From a virus, in IMG/VR virus record IMGVR_UViG_3300026130_000003, positions 1 to 64,000 of that record: a stretch of 64,000 nt of DNA; one strand, written 5' to 3'. The notes beneath the pieces are model-generated. The model saw only the letters and a list, made by a program, of their open reading frames with translations. It searched no databases and was not told where the DNA came from. Below, piece after piece: positions 57,186-64,000 of this stretch. The stretch's first letter is position 1. Each line of letters begins with the position of its first letter. Made by a program: the position numbers and the translations under genes.

Positions 57186-59321
57186 ATGTCAGAATTTGAT
57201 GGAGTAATTAAGGGGTTTGGAAAAGCGGGTCAGTTCCCTGGATGGGCGACCGACAAAGCAATGTTGTCTGTAGAGAAAGCAGTATCAAGGCAAGACAAAC
57301 ACTTTATGAACATTTCCAAACTGTTAATCCAGATTGCCAGAGGTGACAAAATAACACAAGGGCAATACAAATCCATGATGGATGAATTGCGTGGGATGCG
57401 CAGAGAGGATGAAAAGGCTCGCAAGCAAAATAAGCAGCAAAATGAGGATAATCAGAAGGATGACAGTAAATTTCAAAAAGAAAACATTTTCACACTGAAA
57501 TTCTTGGGCGATATTATGAAGAAACAACTAGACGCCCAAAAAGAAGGTATAAAAAGTGCAGAAGACCTGAACAAGCGTGTAGAAGAGTTAATCAAACAAG
57601 GTCATAGTGAAGCATCTGCAATGCGATTAGCAACAGCAGAAGACATGGGCGGTAAAATTGACTTTATTAAAGGTGTGGGCGGTAAGTTCGCCGCAGGTTT
57701 AACTGCTGTAGTAGGCACAATAGCAGCCGCAGACTCGTTTATTATGGAAAACATTAATGAGCGATTAGATTTTTCTAGTGAAATAAGACAGTCAGGTCTG
57801 ATGGTTGGTTTAGAAGATGCTGAAGGTACCCTATCTGAATTTTCTTATGCTGTGAACAAATCAGGATTCTTGATGGGCGAAGCGGCAGCATTTGCGGACA
57901 AGTACTCAGAAGCAATTGGCAGTCTGGGTATGTTAGATTCATTGAAATTAGTCAAAGACTTTGCATATGGATTGGATGGATCGTTAAATCTAATGAAAGA
58001 GTATGCTATGACATTCGGTCAAACTACTGTTATGACAGGTGAATACTTAGAAACTCTTAAGAACTTAGGCGCGTTAAACCAAATGAGTGAATCGCAACTA
58101 AGACAAGGTATGAACAATTTCATGGATGCTGTTTCAGATACATCCAAGGTACTAAAAATATCAATGGAAGAATCAGCCGCTTTGATTAAAGAGACACTTG
58201 ACGAAGATAGAACAAAGGTATCTTTGGGTATGATGGCAGCCAAAGGTGTTCCTATGGAACAAGTACAGGCTCTAAGTGATGCGATTAGTTCATCTACTAT
58301 GTTCGGCGCAGGATCAGAAATGGGTAAAATGTTACAAACTCGTTTAGTAGCAGGAGATAGAGCACAATTCTTGGCTACCGAAGAAGGTAGAGCAATGATG
58401 GACAACCCTATCACTGCTAAACTATTTGAAACGATAGACCGCCTAGCCGTATCATATGAGTCAACTGGTGATCCTGATGCATTGAAAAACGCAATGTCTG
58501 AACTTGATGTGTCTTCTATTTTGGGTAACATGTCAGAAGTTGATAGACAACTATTGATGCGCGGTGAAGGCGGGGTGTCAGGTACACTGCTATCAGAATT
58601 AATGTCTATGTCAGATAGATTTGACCAAATAGGTCAGGAAGCCCCACAAGTAACTGAAGAAGATTATCAAGCGGCATATTCACAAGATATGAGAAGTCGT
58701 AGATTAGGTCTAACATTGGAACAGTCTATATCCGCAGGCTTGACAAAGGCGAACTTGGGAGAGAACTTAAAAGATTTGAACCAAGGTATGAATAAATTAT
58801 TGACTGAACTTCAACCTAAAATGGATGCGTTGGCAGAAGCAATTGGTGGTAAGTTAGTAGGAGCGATTACTGGATTGCAGGCAACAATCACTGACTTTGC
58901 AGGTGATATGCTACGAGAATCTAATGCACAATCATTGATAGATGCCGATGACGGAAATACAAATGATGCCATAGGATACAATCCTAGTGAAAGTCGTATG
59001 TACGATTATTTTGTCAATGATGCTGCAGGCGCCGCATTATGGGATATGAAGTCAGGTTTGTTGGCACAGTCAGGACTTGGAAATAAAGAAGCATACTTCA
59101 ATGATGATTCCGCTAGAATGTTTGTAGACAGTCTTAAAATGCAAAGGGACAACATGAATTTATCTGATTCTGATTTTAAAGATGTTCTTACTCGACTACT
59201 AAAAGAAGCAAACAGTAATAAGATGGCGGTATCCGCAAATGCGCGTGATGCGACAAATGCACAGGAAACACAATTCCTTATTAATCGAATTAACGAATTG
59301 ATAAAAACACTCAACGGATAG
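57186..59321 (+). CDS. Tape-measure-like protein
   Basis: 711 aa, helical Ala/Gly/Met/Leu-rich with a hydrophobic stretch; next to the chaperone. Confidence 0.55.
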   Translation: MSEFDGVIKGFGKAGQFPGWATDKAMLSVEKAVSRQDKHFMNISKLLIQIARGDKITQGQYKSMMDELRGMRREDEKARKQNKQQNEDNQKDDSKFQKENIFTLKFLGDIMKKQLDAQKEGIKSAEDLNKRVEELIKQGHSEASAMRLATAEDMGGKIDFIKGVGGKFAAGLTAVVGTIAAADSFIMENINERLDFSSEIRQSGLMVGLEDAEGTLSEFSYAVNKSGFLMGEAAAFADKYSEAIGSLGMLDSLKLVKDFAYGLDGSLNLMKEYAMTFGQTTVMTGEYLETLKNLGALNQMSESQLRQGMNNFMDAVSDTSKVLKISMEESAALIKETLDEDRTKVSLGMMAAKGVPMEQVQALSDAISSSTMFGAGSEMGKMLQTRLVAGDRAQFLATEEGRAMMDNPITAKLFETIDRLAVSYESTGDPDALKNAMSELDVSSILGNMSEVDRQLLMRGEGGVSGTLLSELMSMSDRFDQIGQEAPQVTEEDYQAAYSQDMRSRRLGLTLEQSISAGLTKANLGENLKDLNQGMNKLLTELQPKMDALAEAIGGKLVGAITGLQATITDFAGDMLRESNAQSLIDADDGNTNDAIGYNPSESRMYDYFVNDAAGAALWDMKSGLLAQSGLGNKEAYFNDDSARMFVDSLKMQRDNMNLSDSDFKDVLTRLLKEANSNKMAVSANARDATNAQETQFLINRINELIKTLNG

Positions 59322-59336
59322 TAGTTGCGGCACAAC

Positions 59337-59344
59337 GATAAATA
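59337..59344 (+). promoter_or_regulatory. Late promoter GATAAATA for portal
   Basis: ~31 nt upstream of the ATG. Confidence 0.6.
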
Positions 59345-59375
59345 TGCTAAAATAGTTTAAAGGATAGGATTACAA

Positions 59376-61082
59376 ATGGCAACTTGGAAAAAATATTTTA
59401 AATCATACGATGGTGGTGACCGAAGTATGACTAAAACCCCTTCGCAAAGTAAGTACGAAGGCGGTGAAGCAACAAACAAACGTTATAGTTCATGGCTACC
59501 AGAAGTGTATCAAGGACAGCCTAACCGTGTTCAACGTTACGGGCAATATGATCAGATGGACTTGGATAGCGAAGTTAATGCGGCACTTGATGTAATTGCT
59601 GAATTCTCTACACTAAAGAACGAAACAACTGATATGCCGTTTGATATACATTGGAACGAAGACCCGACTGAAAGTGAGTCTGAAGTTATTCAGAAGTCAC
59701 TGCGCCAGTGGGTAAACTTGAACGAACTAAAAAAGCGTTCATTCCGTATATTCCGTAATGCAATCAAATATGGTGATCAAATTTTCATTCGTGATCCTGA
59801 AACATATCGTTTATTTTGGGTTGATCCATCGAAAGTAGAAAAGATTCTAGTAAATGAAAGTAAAGGTAAAAAGCCTGAAGTTTACTTTATTCGTGATATC
59901 GACTTGAATATCGGCGAAATGAGTGTAACTGCATCGGAAGACAAAATGAAAAATCTTCCTACAGGTTATCAAGTAGGTACTCCTAACACGAATGCAAATG
60001 CTGGCACATTCGGATCTGCTGGCGGATCAAGATTGGGGCATAGTGAAGAAGCAATGCCAGTAGATGCCAAACACATTGTACACCTATCATTAAGTGAAGG
60101 TATTGATAGTTTCTGGCCATTTGGAACTTCAATACTTGAGCCTATCTTTAAAGTGTATAAGCAAAAAGAACTATTGGAAGACGCAATACTAATTTACCGT
60201 GTTCAACGTGCTCCGGAGCGCCGCGTATTTTATATTGATGTGGGTTCAATGCCGACACACAAAGCACGAACACACTTAGAGCGTATCAAGAATGAAATTC
60301 ACCAACGTAGAATTCCATCCAAGACAGGTGGCGGACAAAACATTACTGATTCTGCATACAACCCACTATCAGTAATGGAAGATTATTTCTTTGCTCAAAC
60401 TGCGGAAGGGCGCGGGTCTCGTGTTGAAACACTACCAGGTGGTGAAAACTTAGGTCAGATTGATGATTTGCGTTACTTCAATAACAAGATGTTCCGTGGT
60501 CTTCGTGTCCCACCATCATACATGGGTGCTAGTGATAATGATCCTGACTCTAGTGTTAACGATGGACGTATTGGTTCGGCAATGATTCAAGAGTTCCGCT
60601 TTACTAAATTCTGTGAACGTCTACAGAACTTGTTGGCAGACGAACTTGATTACGAATTTAAAATGTTTTTGAAAAAACGTGGTGTTCAAGTAGAAAGTTC
60701 ACAGTTCAATTTAACATTCAACCCGCCACAGAACTTTGGTAAGTTCCGACAAGCCGAAGTAGATTCAGTAATGATTAATGTGTTCTCTAGTGTGGCAGAT
60801 TTGCCATACATGAGTAAACGCTTTGCGCTAAAACGCTTTATGGGTCTAACCGAAGATGAAATCCTAGAAAACGAAAGCATGGTCATGGAAGAGCGTGGTG
60901 ACACAAACTACGCTGACGGAGATATGGCAGGTATGGGTGACGTAGGTTCTGCTCCTCCTCCTGAAGGTGATGACATAGGCGGTGAAGACTTTGATTTCGG
61001 ACCAGAAGATGATATGGAAGATGAAGGTTCCCCAATCTCTGGTAATGAAAACGCTCCGGATGAAGACACTGAAGAATTATAA
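59376..61082 (+). CDS. gp20: Portal protein
   Basis: Y..MD.DSEV..ALD, LLEDA.LIYR..RAPERRVFYIDVG, EDYF, VETLPGGENLG.IDD..YF. Confidence 0.95.
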   Translation: MATWKKYFKSYDGGDRSMTKTPSQSKYEGGEATNKRYSSWLPEVYQGQPNRVQRYGQYDQMDLDSEVNAALDVIAEFSTLKNETTDMPFDIHWNEDPTESESEVIQKSLRQWVNLNELKKRSFRIFRNAIKYGDQIFIRDPETYRLFWVDPSKVEKILVNESKGKKPEVYFIRDIDLNIGEMSVTASEDKMKNLPTGYQVGTPNTNANAGTFGSAGGSRLGHSEEAMPVDAKHIVHLSLSEGIDSFWPFGTSILEPIFKVYKQKELLEDAILIYRVQRAPERRVFYIDVGSMPTHKARTHLERIKNEIHQRRIPSKTGGGQNITDSAYNPLSVMEDYFFAQTAEGRGSRVETLPGGENLGQIDDLRYFNNKMFRGLRVPPSYMGASDNDPDSSVNDGRIGSAMIQEFRFTKFCERLQNLLADELDYEFKMFLKKRGVQVESSQFNLTFNPPQNFGKFRQAEVDSVMINVFSSVADLPYMSKRFALKRFMGLTEDEILENESMVMEERGDTNYADGDMAGMGDVGSAPPPEGDDIGGEDFDFGPEDDMEDEGSPISGNENAPDEDTEEL

Positions 61083-61102
61083 GGATATTGATAAATAAAG
61101 TT

Positions 61103-61321
61103 ATGAGATATCAAGAACTTACAGAAAATTATTCACCGGAAGAAGATTCGATGAACACTATAGAGGTAAGCGATGTGCGAAAATCACGCCTTACCCTTAT
61201 ACATTTGTCAAAACTCAGAAACATAAGAGAATACCGCAAGTACGAAAATTCTAAAAGAGCCGATAGATTGTCAACAATTTATGGTGCTCAGTCAGAAGAA
61301 GGCGGCGACCTTGAAATGTAA
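61103..61321 (+). CDS. Small conserved head-module protein
   Basis: D.RK.RLTL..L.KLR..RE; GATAAATA ends 5 nt upstream of the ATG. Confidence 0.6.
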   Translation: MRYQELTENYSPEEDSMNTIEVSDVRKSRLTLIHLSKLRNIREYRKYENSKRADRLSTIYGAQSEEGGDLEM

Positions 61322-61365
61322 AAAGACAGCAGTTTATCTACTGTTACTTCCGTATAAATATCATA

Positions 61366-61398
61366 CGGTTACTTTTTTAGCCAAAAAGTAACCGTTTT
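61366..61398 (+). terminator. Terminator-like hairpin
   Basis: CGGTTACTTTTT-TAGCC-AAAAAGTAACCG followed by TTTT. Confidence 0.65.
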
Positions 61399-61509
61399 CC
61401 TACATTCTCACATATAATATACAGATATAAGTAAATACTATTAGAACAGAAGTATGTTCTATAACTTTGCCACATAGAAAGTGGTTTAACCGATAAGGAG
61501 ACTATAAAG

Positions 61510-62331
61510 ATGCCAAGAAGTGCGCTAGAACAAGTGTTGGAACTTCTTATTAACGAAGAACGTGAAGCCGCGGAAGAGTTGCTACATGATTTCATCGTTG
61601 AAAACGCTCGTCAGATCCACGAAGAACTTCTAAGCGAAAGTGACGAAGTTGTAGAAGAAGATTTGGAAGACCTAGACGAGTCAGAAGAAGATTACACTGA
61701 AATTGAAGACGATGCTGATGAACTAGATTCAGAAGCAATTTACGATGCTGACGAAATGGAAGATGAAGAAGCCCTAGATGATCTAGAAATGGATGATGAA
61801 GAAGGCGAATTCGATTTCGATGACGACGGTATGGAAGACGAACACGAAGAAGAACACGGTGACGTGGAATCTCGTGTAGATGACCTAGAATCTGCAATCG
61901 CTGAACTTGAAGCCGAATTTGAAAAAATTATGGCTGGTGATGAAGACGAAGAAGAAATGGACATGGATCTAGAAGACGATGAAGAAGTTGAAGAATCTTT
62001 CATGGAAGATGAAGAACTTGAAGAGTCTGATGACGAAGAACTAGTTGAGTATGTTAACAAAGCAACTGCTAAGCCAGGTGATAACGGCGACATGACTCAA
62101 TCTACAGTTAACGCTAATCCAAAACGTCCAGGTGATGAATCAAGTGCTGCTCCAGTAGGTGCCCGTGATGGTAACACTGCTGGTGGTAAAGGAGAATCAC
62201 CAAAAGAAATGAATACTGGTAACGTTAATGTTTCTGGTAAGAAAGCACCTAAAATGAAAGGTGAAAAAGGCAAGCCAGGTGATGACGGTGATAAATCCGC
62301 TCATTCTACCCTAACTGGCCTTAAAAAGTAA
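61510..62331 (+). CDS. Acidic prohead core protein
   Basis: Very D/E-rich, between portal and protease, AAGGAGA RBS. Confidence 0.7.
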   Translation: MPRSALEQVLELLINEEREAAEELLHDFIVENARQIHEELLSESDEVVEEDLEDLDESEEDYTEIEDDADELDSEAIYDADEMEDEEALDDLEMDDEEGEFDFDDDGMEDEHEEEHGDVESRVDDLESAIAELEAEFEKIMAGDEDEEEMDMDLEDDEEVEESFMEDEELEESDDEELVEYVNKATAKPGDNGDMTQSTVNANPKRPGDESSAAPVGARDGNTAGGKGESPKEMNTGNVNVSGKKAPKMKGEKGKPGDDGDKSAHSTLTGLKK

Positions 62332-62348
62332 GATAAGGGGTTAAGACT

Positions 62349-62981
62349 ATGTCCATTCTTATAGAAAGACTATCACATTCACAAGCAAACGTCAAGGCGA
62401 AAATTGTTGAAAGTGATGATGGCAAGAAGGATATGTTCATGGAAGGCATTTTCGTCCAAGGCGGCGTTAAAAATGCTAACCAGAGAGTCTACCCGGTTTC
62501 AGAAATCGCTCGTGCTGTGGAGTCCGTTCAGAAGAAAATTTCTTCTGGATTCCCTGTACTTGGCGAATGTGACCACCCACCAGAATTGACAGTAAATGTT
62601 GACCGTGTTTCACACATTATTGAAAATATGTGGATGGATGGTCCTAATGGTTATGGCAAACTAAAAATTGTTCCAACACCTATGGGTAATATCATTAGAA
62701 CATTGATTGAATCGGGTGCTACGCTAGGCGTTTCGTCTCGTGGCTCAGGTGAAGTTGATGGTAGTGGTAGCGTGAGCAATTTTGAAATCGTAACGGTAGA
62801 CATTGTAGCACAACCTAGTGCTCCAGATGCATATCCAAAGGCGATTTACGAAGGACTAATGAACATGCGTGGAGGAAATCAAATATGGAATCTTGCACAA
62901 CATGCTCAATACGACAACACGGCAGAACATTATCTGTCTAAGGAAATAGTTAAGTTCATCAACGAACTTAAACTTAAATAG
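62349..62981 (+). CDS. gp21: Prohead protease
   Basis: EGIF.Q....N.N.RVYP, GECDHP, VSH, TPMG, GVSSRG.G, DIVAQPSAP.A. Confidence 0.95.
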   Translation: MSILIERLSHSQANVKAKIVESDDGKKDMFMEGIFVQGGVKNANQRVYPVSEIARAVESVQKKISSGFPVLGECDHPPELTVNVDRVSHIIENMWMDGPNGYGKLKIVPTPMGNIIRTLIESGATLGVSSRGSGEVDGSGSVSNFEIVTVDIVAQPSAPDAYPKAIYEGLMNMRGGNQIWNLAQHAQYDNTAEHYLSKEIVKFINELKLK

Positions 62982-62992
62982 GAGACCTAACA

Positions 62993-64000
62993 ATGGCAAA
63001 AGATATCCTTGCTGGTCTTCTTGAGTCTGGTGTTTTAAGCGAAGACGCTGCGGCACCAATTAAAGAGGCTTGGGAAGCAAAACTAAATGAAGCAAGAGAG
63101 GAAATCACAGCAGAATTGCGTGAGGAGTTTGCCCAGAAGTTTGAACACGACAAAGGCGTGATTGTAGAAGCAATGGAACATACCATTGAATCTGCTATCC
63201 GTTCTGAAATCGAAGAGTTTCAAGCCGACAGACAAGCACTAATCGCAGAACGTATTGCTTATAAAAAAGCAATTACGGAACATGCTAAACTTCTCGAAAA
63301 ATTCATTACTTCTCAACTTGCATCAGAAGTTAAGGAACTTCATGCTGACCGCACCAAGATGAACGAATCTCTAGAAACAACTAAGACTTTCGTTACTAAA
63401 CAATTGGCGCGTGAACTAGCAGAGTTCCACAAAGACAAAGCAGAACTAGTTGAAACTAAGGTTCGCATGGTCGCGGAAGGCAAAGAACTTCTAAAGAAAA
63501 CCAAAGAATCATTTATCAAACGTTCGGCACAACTTGTCGAAAAAACTATCACAGATTCACTACGTTCAGAACTAACAATGCTGAAAGAAGACATTCAACA
63601 GGCTAAAGAAAATGACTTTGGTCGCCGTCTATTTGAAGCATTCGCAGGTGAGTTCATGGCTTCACAACTTAATGAAGGAACTGAAGTATCTAAAATGAAC
63701 AAGAAACTAAACGAATCTGCTGAAACTGTTGCTAAACTAGAAGCAATGATTGCTGAAAAAGAAGACGCAATTGCACAGGCACAAAAGAAAGTACGTATTA
63801 TGGAAGACCGTGCTAACCGTAACAAGGTTATGACCGAACTTCTAAAACCACTTTCTGGCGAAAAACGCCGTGTGATGGGTGATCTACTTGAATCAGTAAA
63901 AACCCAGAATCTTAAATCAGCATTTAAGAAATACTTACCTGCTGTTTTAAATGAAACTGTTTCCTCTAATGAGGGAGCGAAACAGACTTTAACCGAAGGC
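62993..64000 (+). CDS. Prohead scaffold protein gp22-like (runs off window edge)
   Basis: Not in ORF track; ATG 62993 after a GGAGA RBS; coiled-coil MAKDILAGLLES...ELREEFAQKFEHDK...FGRRLFEAFAGEF. Confidence 0.85.
   Translation, partial: MAKDILAGLLESGVLSEDAAAPIKEAWEAKLNEAREEITAELREEFAQKFEHDKGVIVEAMEHTIESAIRSEIEEFQADRQALIAERIAYKKAITEHAKLLEKFITSQLASEVKELHADRTKMNESLETTKTFVTKQLARELAEFHKDKAELVETKVRMVAEGKELLKKTKESFIKRSAQLVEKTITDSLRSELTMLKEDIQQAKENDFGRRLFEAFAGEFMASQLNEGTEVSKMNKKLNESAETVAKLEAMIAEKEDAIAQAQKKVRIMEDRANRNKVMTELLKPLSGEKRRVMGDLLESVKTQNLKSAFKKYLPAVLNETVSSNEGAKQTLTEG

Noticed and set aside
61620-62045. GAA/GAT-rich low-complexity tract as a repeat element
   Set aside because: It encodes the acidic prohead core protein, as expected at this position.
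1572-63825. Numerous short opposite-strand or nested ORFs in the track (e.g. 1572..2069, 19636..20160, 23304..23849, 58019..58531, 61740..62093)
   Set aside because: Shadows of long genes with recognisable motifs; Ser/Leu-rich, lacking RBS or promoters.
1-64000. Stop-codon reassignment
   Set aside because: Genes are full length in the standard code, and TAA, TAG and TGA all act as stops.

Overview
This AT-rich window is part of a large, distantly T4-related myovirus (jumbo-phage-like) genome in the standard genetic code. From left to right it holds: (1) a ~17.7 kb minus-strand modification cluster (four radical SAM proteins, two methyltransferase-fold paralogues, several glycosyltransferase-like genes, a carbamoyltransferase, a UDP-glucose dehydrogenase, an SGNH-fold protein) directly downstream of fibre and baseplate genes; (2) a baseplate module with giant gp7-like (3491 aa) and gp6-like (1628 aa) wedge proteins, gp25, gp5, gp53 and hub genes; (3) two paralogous 7-repeat FG-GAP beta-propeller genes and clpP; (4) gp46/gp47/gp55 and an Hc1-like histone-like gene; (5) a second small glyco-island, DNA ligase and a Holliday-junction resolvase; (6) a gp26-like chaperone, tape-measure-like gene, portal, prohead core, protease and scaffold. 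The most notable unannotated signals are non-coding: a ~460-570 nt highly structured intergenic RNA with a group II intron domain V/VI-like module (55450-56020), a ~110 nt small RNA with its own promoter and terminator that displays an anti-Shine-Dalgarno loop (46277-46386), and a probable -1 frameshift fusing the gp26-like ORF to a start-less gp51-like ORF. All calls come from reading motifs by eye; no searches or folding programs were run.
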